A DNA stretch of 45,682 bases. It comes from a virus (Duplodnaviria > Caudoviricetes). Position 1 is the stretch's first letter. Each line of letters opens with the position of its first letter. The stretch lies in the IMG/VR virus record IMGVR_UViG_3300050196_000504, positions 1 to 45,682 of that record; one strand, written 5' to 3'. The position numbers and the translations under genes are program-made. Below the pieces are notes generated by a model that saw only the letters and a list, made by a program, of their open reading frames with translations, had not been told where the DNA came from and ran no database searches. Of the stretch, positions 32,870 to 43,406 are shown piece after piece.

Positions 32870-33356
32870 ATTCGCCGACATGGGAGCCCTGGCCATGCAT
32901 TTACTCGCTGCAGAAGCCAGGCAGCTTCGATATCTTCAAGATGGCCTGAAGGACTGCGCGGTACATATCGAGTCGATTGCAAAGAAGGAAATAGGGCACT
33001 ACCAGGCAGCCGCAGGGCCATTTGCAGCATGGGCTGACCTGGCTGAGTCCACCGAGTTCAACAAGGCATCACACGGCTACCCGGTGGATGCGCCATTGCT
33101 TCGAACCGGCGATATGCGCGATGAGATAACGCATAACGTGGAAGGCCTGGAAGCTGCGATTGGCGCGAAGGACAACGGGGCCGGGAAAATCCTGCAGTAC
33201 CACGAAGTGGGCACATCAAAAATGCCAGCCAGGCCAGTTCTTGGCCCTGCGATGTTCAGATCCAAGGATTTCATTATGCGAGCAATTGGGGCAGCAGAGG
33301 TCTCTGCGCTGTTGGGCGGCAGCAGGATACACCCGTCGCTTGGCTACGAGGACTAA
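32862..33356 (+). CDS. virion morphogenesis / tail completion protein (HK97 gp10-like)
   Basis: WADLAEST...PLLRTGDMRD...YHEVGTSKMPARPVLGPA. Confidence 0.75.
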   Translation: MREFADMGALAMHLLAAEARQLRYLQDGLKDCAVHIESIAKKEIGHYQAAAGPFAAWADLAESTEFNKASHGYPVDAPLLRTGDMRDEITHNVEGLEAAIGAKDNGAGKILQYHEVGTSKMPARPVLGPAMFRSKDFIMRAIGAAEVSALLGGSRIHPSLGYED

Positions 33357-33607
33357 AACAGCGAAGAGACAATAGCATAGATGATGGCGCAGAAGGCCAC
33401 AAAAGCCAGGCCAGCAAACACCAAGGTTACGGAAGACATGGTGAACAGCAGCAGCCCGTTCTGAATGCGATCAATCTTGTCTTCTTTTGTCATCGGATCT
33501 GAGTGGGCGGGTTTTCGAACGTTGCGCCAATCTCTCGGTGTTTCTCGTTGGGGCGCTTCCTCCACCTTGTCACCATCCCATTGCAGAACGCGGAATCGTT
33601 TTGTCAT
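33353..33607 (-). CDS. antisense membrane protein moron
   Basis: Charged N-terminus and long hydrophobic C-terminus; divergent from the TMP gene. Confidence 0.65.
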   Translation of the reverse strand: MTKRFRVLQWDGDKVEEAPQRETPRDWRNVRKPAHSDPMTKEDKIDRIQNGLLLFTMSSVTLVFAGLAFVAFCAIIYAIVSSLF

Positions 33608-33636
33608 TTATGGATACTCTTTTCGGATAAATCATT

Positions 33637-35514
33637 ATGGCATTCGAAGCCTATTCCGTCGCGGTAAAGCTATCGCTTATCAATAATGTCACATCAGGCC
33701 TGTTGCTGATTAGCAAAAACCTGCAGTCCGCCAACATGGATGCCAAGGCCCTGCAGAAAAGCATGGGCGGCATTGCAAAGCAGATGGCGATTGGCGGGGC
33801 GATGTTTGCCGGCGGCCTGGGCATTGCTGCATTGTTCAAGAAGCCACTGGAAGAAGCCGAGAAGTATCAGACCGCGCTCACACGCTTTAAGCAGATGAAC
33901 CTTGGCGAAGCGGTGAATAAAGATGCCGACAACATGGCTCGCCATGCTAACGCTTTCGGTACATCTGCCACGGAAATGATGAATACGCTACGAGATTTGC
34001 ATGCGGCGTTCGGGTCATATGATGAGGCCAAGCACTTTGCCCCGAAAATTGCGGAGTTGAATGCGGCCAACAGTGCAATTTATGGAAGTGGCCACGGCAT
34101 AGACGAAGGTGAAACCAAGGCCCTAGCAAAAGTCATTGAAATGCGAGGAGGCACGGTTAGCCCTGCCGCATTCAATCGTGAGCTGGATCTAATGCAGCGC
34201 ATGAAAAACTCCACTGGCGGTGTGATCGATGCAAAGGGGCTGCGCGCCTTTATGTCTACTGCCGGCATTGCGGGGCGATCTCTCAGCGACGGTGGCATGC
34301 AGAATCTTTCTGGCCTCATTGTTGAGATGGGGGGGAACCGTGCCGGTACCGCCTTGATGAGCATGTATCAGAACTTGATCGCAGGGAGAACAACCAAAAA
34401 GGCCATGGCGGAGATTGCCGGTCTTGGGCTTGGTACTTTGTCAGAAGTGTCCAAGGGGAAGGTTGGGCACAAGAAGCAAACCACTACAACCCTAAAGAGC
34501 ATCAAAGGCGCTGACGAACTAAAGGCTGACCCGGTCGGATGGATAAAAGATATTCTTCTGCCGCAGCTGAAATCCAAGGGCATTACCGACCAGTCAACGA
34601 TCCTGAAGACGATAAACGACATAATGTCGAATCGCACTGGCGCGAACCTGGCGTCAATCTCGGCTACGCAGCTGGGTGTGATCATGAAAGATGCCGCAAA
34701 CGCCAGGAATGCCCATGGCGTCGATGCGACTATAGCAGACGCCAAGCAAACACTTCAGGGCAGGATGACCGATCTGTCTGCGAAGTGGTCCGGTGTGATG
34801 TTGGAGCTTGGCGTAACGGTGTTGCCTTTGGCCATTTCCGCTGCAAGTAAGCTCATCCCAGTACTGCAATCCACATCAACATGGATTCAGAAAAACAGCG
34901 GGGCGGTGAAAATATTTTCTGGGGCGTTGCTCGGGCTATCGGCCTTCCTGGTTGGAGGTGGCCTGATCAATATGTTCTGGGCGGCCGGACGTGGATTTGG
35001 TCTGCTTTATACCGTTTTTGGGAAATGGCCTGGCCTTCTTCAGTTGGTCATAGGAACAGCGGCACGGAGCGCTAGCGCTATTAGCAGTCTGTTTAGTCTT
35101 GTTGGGGTGGGGATGAGGGGTCTTGGGATAATTTTTCTAAACTTCGGTCGGGCGTTAATGGTGAATCCTATTGGTTTGGCCATCGCTGCAGCATCCATTG
35201 CACTCTATTTGGGATATAAAAACTGGAGCACGATATGGCCAAAGCTCAAGAAAATATGGAATGAAATGCCCCAGACATTAATGGATGCATGGAACCGGGT
35301 GAAAAGCTTCTTTGGCATGGGGGATAAATCTCCCGAGGTCCACTATAACGCCAAGGGTGGAACCTTTGTCCAAGTCCATACAACCACCAATCTTGATGGC
35401 AAAAAAATGGCCGAGACTGTTTCAAAGCACCAGGGGCAGGCGACCAATGCCGCCAACTCAGGCGGTCGCCACGATGGCGGTATAGCAATGCCAATGCCAG
35501 CATCCATGCGCTAA
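33637..35514 (+). CDS. tape measure protein
   Basis: MAFEAYSVAVKLSL, Ala/Gly-rich helical, hydrophobic segments, NPIGLAI...YKNW repeats. Confidence 0.85.
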   Translation: MAFEAYSVAVKLSLINNVTSGLLLISKNLQSANMDAKALQKSMGGIAKQMAIGGAMFAGGLGIAALFKKPLEEAEKYQTALTRFKQMNLGEAVNKDADNMARHANAFGTSATEMMNTLRDLHAAFGSYDEAKHFAPKIAELNAANSAIYGSGHGIDEGETKALAKVIEMRGGTVSPAAFNRELDLMQRMKNSTGGVIDAKGLRAFMSTAGIAGRSLSDGGMQNLSGLIVEMGGNRAGTALMSMYQNLIAGRTTKKAMAEIAGLGLGTLSEVSKGKVGHKKQTTTTLKSIKGADELKADPVGWIKDILLPQLKSKGITDQSTILKTINDIMSNRTGANLASISATQLGVIMKDAANARNAHGVDATIADAKQTLQGRMTDLSAKWSGVMLELGVTVLPLAISAASKLIPVLQSTSTWIQKNSGAVKIFSGALLGLSAFLVGGGLINMFWAAGRGFGLLYTVFGKWPGLLQLVIGTAARSASAISSLFSLVGVGMRGLGIIFLNFGRALMVNPIGLAIAAASIALYLGYKNWSTIWPKLKKIWNEMPQTLMDAWNRVKSFFGMGDKSPEVHYNAKGGTFVQVHTTTNLDGKKMAETVSKHQGQATNAANSGGRHDGGIAMPMPASMR

Positions 35515-35581
35515 ATAACACTTCTGGCGGTTTCTCTCATCAGCCCTACGGTCTCCGTGGGGCTTTTCTTTTGGTGCCCCA

Positions 35582-36532
35582 ATGACGCAACTCGTTCTAG
35601 GCGATTTCGTGTTTCAGGACATGGAAGTCCCCGAAAGCCTGCCGTTTGGCGGTGGACAGATGCTTTCTGTTAAAAAACTGGTGGGCGGAGCTCGCGTTAT
35701 TGACGTAATGGGGGTTGATCCTGACCCAATAGAGTGGACAGGGTTCTTTTTCCCGACTTCAGACGGATCGTCGGCGCTCGACCGTGCAATGCAGGTCCAG
35801 GAGCTGAAAGATTCTGGAGTTACTCAGCTGTTGTCGTTCGATGAACTGCTGTTTAACGTGGTTATTCGTGAGTTCAAACCGAATTACAAACTAGGCCATA
35901 TACCGTACAAGATCACGCTGGAAGTCCTAGAGGATCTGTCTTCGGCAGGGGCAACTGACGCATTAGGTAATATTGACGATGACATCAGTGATGATATGTA
36001 TGCTGCGAACACGCTTGCCGCTGACGTACCATCGATCACCAGCTCCGTAAGCACGCTAGTTAGTGACATCAATGCTATTGGCTCACTTGTTAGTGCGGCT
36101 TATAGCGTTGTAGCTCCGCTGATTCAGTCTGTTTCGGCCATTATTTCTAATGTTTCGACACTATCCCTCTCGACTGATGAAACGCTGGCCAGCGCTAGCG
36201 CGCCTGGCGGTATGTCAACTTCGAATACGCCCGCGGTAAATCTCGCGGCGTACGAAGCGCAGCTGGCCGCCAACAATACACAAACTAGCCTTGTTCAGCT
36301 TCAGGGTTTGCTCGGGCGAATTCTGAAAAACCTTCAGCTGGTTAATTCTAGCATCAAAACAGTCACTGTTTCTGGTGGGAACCTGTTCGATATTGCGGCA
36401 AAGCAATATGGCGACCCAACTGCATGGACGTTAATCGCCAGCGCAAACGGACTCACCGATCCAACTATTACCGGTATTGTCACGCTCACTATCCCTCCAT
36501 ATGTGAGCGGCACCGGCGTTCTTGAGTCTTAG
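35582..36532 (+). CDS. tail tube initiator with C-terminal LysM-like domain
   Basis: LGDFVF..MEVPE.LPFGG, and NLFDIAAKQYGD.TAW..IA.ANGLTDP. Confidence 0.8.
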   Translation: MTQLVLGDFVFQDMEVPESLPFGGGQMLSVKKLVGGARVIDVMGVDPDPIEWTGFFFPTSDGSSALDRAMQVQELKDSGVTQLLSFDELLFNVVIREFKPNYKLGHIPYKITLEVLEDLSSAGATDALGNIDDDISDDMYAANTLAADVPSITSSVSTLVSDINAIGSLVSAAYSVVAPLIQSVSAIISNVSTLSLSTDETLASASAPGGMSTSNTPAVNLAAYEAQLAANNTQTSLVQLQGLLGRILKNLQLVNSSIKTVTVSGGNLFDIAAKQYGDPTAWTLIASANGLTDPTITGIVTLTIPPYVSGTGVLES

Positions 36533-36534
36533 TC

Positions 36535-37653
36535 ATGACACCATTCACAGAATCTACCTCTCGCCGACCGCGCGGGGCGGTTAAGGTCAATGGCGAATTA
36601 ATAACCGGATGGGTTGAGTTAGAGGTCAATAACGTCGGCTATTATTCAGCCGATACATTCCACTGTACTTTTGCTGGCTCTAAACTTCCCGACGACCGCA
36701 ATGCCAAGTGGTTTTCGCAGCAGAAGGATCAGTTTGTTGAGTTGTTTATTGGCTTTCCTGCTGATCCGAAAAACTTCAGCTGTGCGGATCTTAAGAGCTG
36801 GATTTACGGCCAGGTTGATAGTATCGAAATTGACCCAGTCCGGTATACGGTATCCGTATCTGGGCGTGACTTGACCAGGGTTTTTATCGATGCCAAGACG
36901 TCAGAAAAATGGCCAAACCAGACGTCTAGCCAGATTGCCACAGCTCTAGCCAAAAAGCATGGGCTTACTCCGGTCGTTACAGCAACAACAACCAAGGCCG
37001 GTAAATACTACTCGATTGATCATGTCCACATTGCTACAGCTCAGTCTGAGTGGGACATCCTGAGTTTCTTGGCTGATTGCGAAGGGTTTAGAGTCTGGGT
37101 GCGCGGTCAAAGCCTCTATTTTGCGCCAGCGCCAGATCCGGCGAAAAACGAACCATACAACTTGGTTTATACCGTTTCTGAAGTTGACGGGGTGCCAACT
37201 GCTAATTTTGAGGATATTAAGCTCAAACGCGCATTAACTGTGTCCCGCGGAATTCAGGTCACAATTCGCAGCTGGAACAAGAAGTTCGCAAAAGGGTTTT
37301 CTGTTTCATACCCAACAAAATTACAAAAAACCATCAGGGTGGGCAAGTCGTCTGTAGGGGCGGGCATTCAGACTTATAGCAAGCGCGTGCCAAACCTTAC
37401 CCAAGAGCAAGCATTGAAGATGGCTCAGAACTGGTATGAGCAGATCATTGCCCATGAAATGAGCATTGCGATAACAATGCCGGGGGACAACAACCTCGAC
37501 ACAACATCGATAATTCGCTTGTCTGGAACTGGCACCGACTTCGATCAGAGCTACTTCCCAGATTCAATCAGCAGAAAATTATCAGTTACGGATGGCTACG
37601 CCATGACAGTGGACGCAAAAAATCACGCCCCATCATCTGAGGTAATGTTATGA
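36535..37653 (+). CDS. baseplate hub (gpD / Mu gp44-like)
   Basis: ADTF, GRDLT, SEWDIL.FLA..EGF. Confidence 0.82.
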   Translation: MTPFTESTSRRPRGAVKVNGELITGWVELEVNNVGYYSADTFHCTFAGSKLPDDRNAKWFSQQKDQFVELFIGFPADPKNFSCADLKSWIYGQVDSIEIDPVRYTVSVSGRDLTRVFIDAKTSEKWPNQTSSQIATALAKKHGLTPVVTATTTKAGKYYSIDHVHIATAQSEWDILSFLADCEGFRVWVRGQSLYFAPAPDPAKNEPYNLVYTVSEVDGVPTANFEDIKLKRALTVSRGIQVTIRSWNKKFAKGFSVSYPTKLQKTIRVGKSSVGAGIQTYSKRVPNLTQEQALKMAQNWYEQIIAHEMSIAITMPGDNNLDTTSIIRLSGTGTDFDQSYFPDSISRKLSVTDGYAMTVDAKNHAPSSEVML

Positions 37654-38339
37654 GCAGCGGACATGACTTGCTTGCCCATGCCATGCGTCAGCAGGCAATG
37701 GCCGCGATGGGTGATATCACCATGCCCGAGCACGCAACGATAAGCAGTTATGATGCATCGTCGCACGCTGTAAAGGTGCTGATTCAGCCAGAGGAAATTG
37801 AAAGCAACTGGATGCCGCTTGGCGCTATTGGCATCGGCAATGGGTGGGGCGTTGCCGTTGGTCCGCAAATTGGCGATCAAGTAATGGTTGTTTTCGAGCA
37901 TGGAGACCGCTCTTCTGGATCTATTGTTGGCCGATACTTTTCAACGAGCCAGCAAGCCATACCGGTTCCGTCCGGGGAAATCTGGATGGTTCACCAAAAA
38001 CAAAGCGCCCTGAAGCTCACCAATGACGGCAAGGTATCAGTCAACTCCGCCAGCGATACGAATGTAACCGTCGGCGGCAATGCCAACATTACGGCTACAG
38101 GAAACGCGACGATCACGGCAAAGGTTTGCTCAGTCATCGCGTCAGTATCGGCGGCAATCACCGCGCCTGCTATCACTCTTGGCGCATCCGGCCAATCGCT
38201 GATGGGGTTTGTTACCGCAGCATTTATGTCTCTGTTCAACGAGCACACGCACACATCCGAGTCACCTGGATCGGAAACGAGCGTACCTAACCAGCAGATG
38301 ACAGATTCGCAAATCACATCAACGGTGACAGGCGGCTAA
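37650..38339 (+). CDS. baseplate spike (gpV-like)
   Basis: OB-fold PQIGDQVMV.FE.GD, beta-helix repeats, HTH metal tip (NEHTH). Confidence 0.88.
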   Translation: MSSGHDLLAHAMRQQAMAAMGDITMPEHATISSYDASSHAVKVLIQPEEIESNWMPLGAIGIGNGWGVAVGPQIGDQVMVVFEHGDRSSGSIVGRYFSTSQQAIPVPSGEIWMVHQKQSALKLTNDGKVSVNSASDTNVTVGGNANITATGNATITAKVCSVIASVSAAITAPAITLGASGQSLMGFVTAAFMSLFNEHTHTSESPGSETSVPNQQMTDSQITSTVTGG

Positions 38340-38393
38340 GAATGCTTCCCCAGCAACAACCCGCTTCGGCGGGTTTTTTTATGGGCGCTCGAA

Positions 38394-38798
38394 ATGACCA
38401 TTGATGTTTATCACTACTACGGCGGCGACCTGTCACCTTCATCAACCGGTGACCTTCTCCTTGCGGACCAGCCAACAACTGGAGTTCAACGGATCTATCG
38501 GCGATTGCTCACAAACCCTCAGCTTACAAATTCGACCGGAGAGATAACGGCATCGCCGGATTACCCATGGGCACCGACCTACGGAGCCGGGTTGGGGCGT
38601 AAGGTCGGGTCCCCTGGCAATACGCCAGCAATAAAGGCACTGATCAAGGGCCAAATGCTGAAGGAATCCGCAGTCAAGCAATCGCCTGTTCCGGCTATCT
38701 CGGTATCTCAGGTGGGAAACACCTCAAGCATCACTATTCAATACACCGATTCGACCACCTCAAAGCAGCAGACGGTTGATTTTGATGTCACTCAGTAG
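38394..38798 (+). CDS. baseplate wedge protein (gpW/gp25-like)
   Basis: GDL, QRIYRRLLTNP, PTYGAGL. Confidence 0.78.
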   Translation: MTIDVYHYYGGDLSPSSTGDLLLADQPTTGVQRIYRRLLTNPQLTNSTGEITASPDYPWAPTYGAGLGRKVGSPGNTPAIKALIKGQMLKESAVKQSPVPAISVSQVGNTSSITIQYTDSTTSKQQTVDFDVTQ

Positions 38799-38804
38799 GC
38801 GACT

Positions 38805-39926
38805 ATGGCACTCAGCACACAATCATTTACGACCATTGTCAGCAACTTCGCGACAGCGGTGCAGGGTTCTGCGTCAGCGCTGATTAATTTTACCAAGGGT
38901 TCTGTACTTCTGGCGGTAGGCCAAGCAACTGCAGGCGTCGCACTATGGCTGCAAGGCCTTATTGTTGCTGTTCTCGCTGTGACACGGGCCTCAACGTCCA
39001 GCGGGACCGACCTGGACAGCTTTTTCGCTCAGTTTGGATTCACGCGAGAAGCAGCGGGGGCCGCCAGTGGGCAAGAAACTTTCGCCAGGTACACGCCGAC
39101 GAACGCAGCAGACATACCTATTGGTGCGACGGTTCAATCCAGCGATGGCACAGTAACATTCGAGGTCATTGCCGATACAGACAATGCGAATTACAGCGAA
39201 ACACTTGGCTATTACGTCATTTCTGCAGGCCAAGCCAGCGCACAAATCTCTGTGCAGTGTACGACGGCCGGCACTGCGGGGAACCTGGCAGAGGGGGCGT
39301 TGAACACGCTGGGATCTGCGATATCCGGCATCGACTACGTCACCAATGCAGCGGCGTTCTCAAATGGATATGCGGAGGAGACGGATGCAGCGGCCAGAAC
39401 GAGATTTGTCTTGTGGATCGCTAGCCTGTCAAAAGCTACGCTCGCGGCGGTCATGAATGCCATCGAGTCGGTAGGAGAAAGCATTACAGGGGTCATTCTG
39501 GAGAACCAGCTATACAGCGGAACGGCTCAGAACGGCACGTTTACTGTCATCGCGGATGATGGAACTGGGTCGCCATCATCTACCACGTTGGCCAACGTCA
39601 GTAACGCAGTCGAAGCCGTTAGGCCATTATGCGTGACCTACAGCGTCCACGGGCCAACCGTCATCACCGCCGCAGTATCGATGAATATCACGACTGGCTC
39701 CGGGTATACGCACAGCACGGTAGTTAGCTTGGTTCAAACCGCGATCCAGTCATATATCAATGGCCTTGGAGATGACGCAATGTTGCCATGGTCGATGCTA
39801 GCCACAACAGCATATGGCGTTGCCGGTGTAACCAATGTCACCAATGTGCTGCTTAACGGCGGTACGGCGGATCTGTCCTGCACAAACGTCGAGCGCATTC
39901 TGGCTGGCACAATCACGGTGGTTTGA
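38805..39926 (+). CDS. baseplate J-like protein
   Basis: TSSGTDLD, GTAGN, G..EETDAAAR.RF, VEAVRP. Confidence 0.9.
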   Translation: MALSTQSFTTIVSNFATAVQGSASALINFTKGSVLLAVGQATAGVALWLQGLIVAVLAVTRASTSSGTDLDSFFAQFGFTREAAGAASGQETFARYTPTNAADIPIGATVQSSDGTVTFEVIADTDNANYSETLGYYVISAGQASAQISVQCTTAGTAGNLAEGALNTLGSAISGIDYVTNAAAFSNGYAEETDAAARTRFVLWIASLSKATLAAVMNAIESVGESITGVILENQLYSGTAQNGTFTVIADDGTGSPSSTTLANVSNAVEAVRPLCVTYSVHGPTVITAAVSMNITTGSGYTHSTVVSLVQTAIQSYINGLGDDAMLPWSMLATTAYGVAGVTNVTNVLLNGGTADLSCTNVERILAGTITVV

Positions 39927-39927
39927 T

Positions 39928-40611
39928 ATGTCAACTGGAGATAAAAGCGACATCCTGTCGCGGCTGCAGTCATATTTGCCGCGAGGCTGGTTCGGTGACT
40001 GGAGCGAAGCGCCGTATATCACCGCGGTGCTCACTGGCATCGCCTCCGTGTTTGTAGTGACTTACAACCTGATCCAGTACGCACTAGCCCAGGCGCGGCT
40101 TGGCACGTCATCTGGGGTATGGGTTGACCTTTGGGCGCAAGATTTTTTCGGATCAAGCCTGCCACGCAATCCATCAGAGTCTGATGCATCGTACATTGCG
40201 CGTATTCAGTCGATGATTTTTATGCCTGCTGGCAGCCGCCCAGCCATGACAGAAACTCTGACGGTTTTGACGGGCAGAGTGCCGGTCATCTTTGAGCCTA
40301 ACCGCCCGCTTGACACAGGGTCATGCGGAGGGACGCCAGGTATTAATAGCTTCTGCGGTGTGGCTCGTATGGGTTCATTGGTGCCATATATGGCACTAAT
40401 CACCGCTTATCGACCTCTCGTTACCGGTGGTTCTGCCGGGGCGGCGTACGCCAATGCCCCTTCTCGGTCTGCTCTCAACACTTCCGGCACGCTGAGTTAC
40501 ACCGGATCTCTAGCTGATGAGATTTCTGTTGCCAGCGATTCCAGTATTTACGCAGCAATCAACGCAACACGGCCAATTGGCACAAATGTTGGCGTCTGCG
40601 TTTCGAATTAA
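39928..40611 (+). CDS. baseplate wedge / tail protein I-like
   Basis: RL.TSSG.WVDLWAQDFFG..LPR...ESDA.Y..RI, follows J. Confidence 0.78.
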   Translation: MSTGDKSDILSRLQSYLPRGWFGDWSEAPYITAVLTGIASVFVVTYNLIQYALAQARLGTSSGVWVDLWAQDFFGSSLPRNPSESDASYIARIQSMIFMPAGSRPAMTETLTVLTGRVPVIFEPNRPLDTGSCGGTPGINSFCGVARMGSLVPYMALITAYRPLVTGGSAGAAYANAPSRSALNTSGTLSYTGSLADEISVASDSSIYAAINATRPIGTNVGVCVSN

Positions 40612-40665
40612 CCAAATTTATCCTTCAACAGGCCGCCATGTGCGGCCTTTTTTTATGGGCGCGCC

Positions 40666-42792
40666 ATGCGACGAATTGAAACATATGTAGGGCAGCAAAT
40701 TTACGAATGGATGTTCTCCGCACAGGCTCAGTACAACATGACTGCACTGGCCAAGTCGTGCGCGACTGCTTTCGGCACAACTACTTTCGTCAATGGACTT
40801 GCTTGCACGCCAACCAGCCCCGCAGGAATGACCGTGCAGGTTGGCGCTGGCGAGCTGTATCAAATGGAAGCCATTGAGGCTACTGTCTGCGGAACGCTGC
40901 CGATCAATAGCACGTATAGCATCCTGAAACAGGGCATTCAGCTTGGCTCTTACACAACAGCGACTTTTGCCGCGCCAAGCTCCAGCGGCCAATCAATCAG
41001 TTACCTGATTGAAGCTCAATATCAGGATTCTGACATCAGCCTTGACCCGACGACCGGTAACAGTCCAGTTGTCCTGCAGTTTTACGACGCAGCCACTCCG
41101 GCTTCTCCCTGGTCCGGACCGAACAATAGCAGCGCAACAAGCAATACTTTTCGTGACGGGATTATTGCCTACCAGATCAAGGCTGGCGTAGCTGCCACGA
41201 CCGGCGCGCAAGTCACCCCCACGCCGGATACTGGCTATGTCGGGCTGTGGGTTGTCACGGTACCGTACGGCGCAACGTCGCTGACTGCCAGCAACATTGC
41301 CCAATACAGCGCAGCCCCAATTTTGCAGAACAACCTCCTGCAGATGATTCTGAAGGGCAACAGCAACTATGCCGTGGACAGCGGAGCGGCTAACGCCTAT
41401 GTTGCCACTCCTGCTGGCCCGGTTCCCGATGCGTTATCGGACGGGCTGGAGGTGTCGTTCTACGCTGCGCATCCAAATACCGGTGCATCTACTCTGAATG
41501 CCTGGGGTTTTGGTGCAAAACCCCTAACTGGCATGGCCGGCGCGCTACAGGGCGGAGAAATCGTCGTCGGCATGTACAGGGCAAAGTTCTCCAGCGCATC
41601 CGGTGGGTTCCAGCTTGTTGGGCAAGGGGCCGGGGCACTGCAGGTTGGAGCAGCTGTAGCGAGCGGGCATGCCGCCCAACTTGGACAGGTGCAGTCATTG
41701 CTGCAAGCGTCAACTGCGAACGTTGGCGTGGACACCGGCGCGGCCGGAGCTTGCGTCGTTGCGTTTACCCCTGCTTTATCCGCGCCGGTGCCGTGGGCAC
41801 CGTTCTGGTTCAAGGTGAAAAACACCAACCCGGGCTCCTGCACGCTAAATGCATCGGGAACGGCTTATGCGCTTGTCGGCGGTGCACATGCGGCGCTGCA
41901 GGGTGGCGAGCTACTTACTGGCGGCAATGCACTGGTTTATTGGAATCCAACCCTGAATAGTGGAAACGGAGCGTGGGTGCTGCTGGAGTGCACCGGCGGC
42001 TCCGTGCAGGTCCCAAACGCAACACAGAGTCAACACGCCGTGCCGCTGTCTCAGATGGCCGCCGCAATCGCAGCGGCGTCATCAGGTGTTAGAGGGCTTC
42101 GCTCCAATTTGCAAATTAGTTACACGGGGACCAGTGCAGCGGTTATGGTCACTGCAAACGAGTTGTCGCTCGAAAATAGCGCTGGCGCTTACTTCACCAT
42201 GCGCAACGTCAATTTGACTGCGAGCAGTGGGGCTGCTGCTGGCGTTGCAAACTCCCTAGACACGGGTTCGTGGGCATACAGCACGTTCTACAACCTGTTT
42301 GTCATCTACAACCCGACGACACAGACCAGCGCACTGCTGTGGTCGCTGTCGGCTACCGCACCGACGCTACCGAGTGGTTACACGTATTTTGCTCGGATAG
42401 GCGCGAACAAAACCCAGGCTGCGACGAATTACTGGTTTTTGAATGGGTTGCAGCAGGATGCATTCTTTCAATACACGCCGCTGGCAGGAACCAATCTCAC
42501 GTCGTCCCCGACAATAGCGTCAGGGACAACATCGGGCACTGTGTCAACTGTGGGTTTTTGTCCGGCAACTGCTGCAGAAATCTATGTCACGGGAGGGGTT
42601 AACACATCGGGTACCAGCGGCTCAGTGTCAATTGCATCAACCAGCGCCGCATCGGGCGTGAGTGTTGGCAGCTTCAGCTGCCCCGCCGTCATTATCCCCA
42701 TTTTTCTGCCAAATAATAACAAAAATTTTTATTACTCATCATCGAACTCAACGGGTGCTGCTGCTGTGTTGGGCTGGATTGATGCTCTGTAG
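40666..42792 (+). CDS. tail fibre protein
   Basis: Conserved N-terminal baseplate-attachment region, two internal repeats, LPSGYTY-containing distal domain. Confidence 0.85.
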   Translation: MRRIETYVGQQIYEWMFSAQAQYNMTALAKSCATAFGTTTFVNGLACTPTSPAGMTVQVGAGELYQMEAIEATVCGTLPINSTYSILKQGIQLGSYTTATFAAPSSSGQSISYLIEAQYQDSDISLDPTTGNSPVVLQFYDAATPASPWSGPNNSSATSNTFRDGIIAYQIKAGVAATTGAQVTPTPDTGYVGLWVVTVPYGATSLTASNIAQYSAAPILQNNLLQMILKGNSNYAVDSGAANAYVATPAGPVPDALSDGLEVSFYAAHPNTGASTLNAWGFGAKPLTGMAGALQGGEIVVGMYRAKFSSASGGFQLVGQGAGALQVGAAVASGHAAQLGQVQSLLQASTANVGVDTGAAGACVVAFTPALSAPVPWAPFWFKVKNTNPGSCTLNASGTAYALVGGAHAALQGGELLTGGNALVYWNPTLNSGNGAWVLLECTGGSVQVPNATQSQHAVPLSQMAAAIAAASSGVRGLRSNLQISYTGTSAAVMVTANELSLENSAGAYFTMRNVNLTASSGAAAGVANSLDTGSWAYSTFYNLFVIYNPTTQTSALLWSLSATAPTLPSGYTYFARIGANKTQAATNYWFLNGLQQDAFFQYTPLAGTNLTSSPTIASGTTSGTVSTVGFCPATAAEIYVTGGVNTSGTSGSVSIASTSAASGVSVGSFSCPAVIIPIFLPNNNKNFYYSSSNSTGAAAVLGWIDAL
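41362..42057 (+). repeat. two diverged ~115-aa modules in the tail fibre
   Basis: N..VD(S/T)GAA...N.G..TLNA...ALQGGE...QV..A..S.HA..L.Q occurs twice. Confidence 0.7.
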
Positions 42793-42795
42793 GAG

Positions 42796-43155
42796 ATGTG
42801 TATGGGTTACGCGATTAATGCACAAAACGGCGCGCGCGCTGTCATTTCTGAGTCCGACTGTGGCGTGGGTGAAACCTACGTTGACGAGTTGCCATCGCCG
42901 TGGCCACCGGCCCCAACTGCTGATGAGCAATGGAAAAATTATCAGGTATCCGCCCAGTCCGCGCTCGACGCCACAGATGTTACCGTCCACCGCGTCATCG
43001 AAGCCGTCGCCCTCGGCAAAACAACGCTGACCGCTGCTGACGTGGTGACATTCATGGAGTACCGGGCTGCGCTCCGGGCGATACTCAGCGAGTCACAGCC
43101 CGAGACGATACCAACAGCGCTACCGACTAAACCGGCCTACCCAGCAAACACCTAA
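42796..43155 (+). CDS. tail fibre assembly chaperone
   Basis: AQSALDATD...YRAALRAI...LPTKPAYP. Confidence 0.78.
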   Translation: MCMGYAINAQNGARAVISESDCGVGETYVDELPSPWPPAPTADEQWKNYQVSAQSALDATDVTVHRVIEAVALGKTTLTAADVVTFMEYRAALRAILSESQPETIPTALPTKPAYPANT

Positions 43156-43226
43156 CCCGCCCAGTGCGGGGTTCATTATTTCTGCCGCCATGAGGCGGTT
43201 TTTTTACGCCAACAAAGGGGGCGAAT

Positions 43227-43406
43227 GTGAGTGAACTGACGGAAGAGCAGAAGGCCAGGCTTGTGCAGCTACTGGAGGCCGCCGACCGCATGGAGGCTGG
43301 GCTCAAAACCCTGACCGTTATCGGGACGGTGGTGAAATGGATTGTGGGCTTGGCGGCATCGTTTGCGATGATCTGGGGTGTGTTTCACGGCGGAGCACCG
43401 AAATGA
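43227..43406 (+). CDS. single-TM holin/antiholin-like protein
   Basis: GTG start after AAAGGGGG. Coiled N-terminus plus VKWIVGLAASFAMIWGVF; ATGA overlap with the endolysin. Confidence 0.65.
   Translation: MSELTEEQKARLVQLLEAADRMEAGLKTLTVIGTVVKWIVGLAASFAMIWGVFHGGAPK

Noticed and set aside
40666-43155. Tail-fibre invertible segment or DGR variable region
   Set aside because: No invertase, inverted crossover sites, second fibre tip or template repeat seen.
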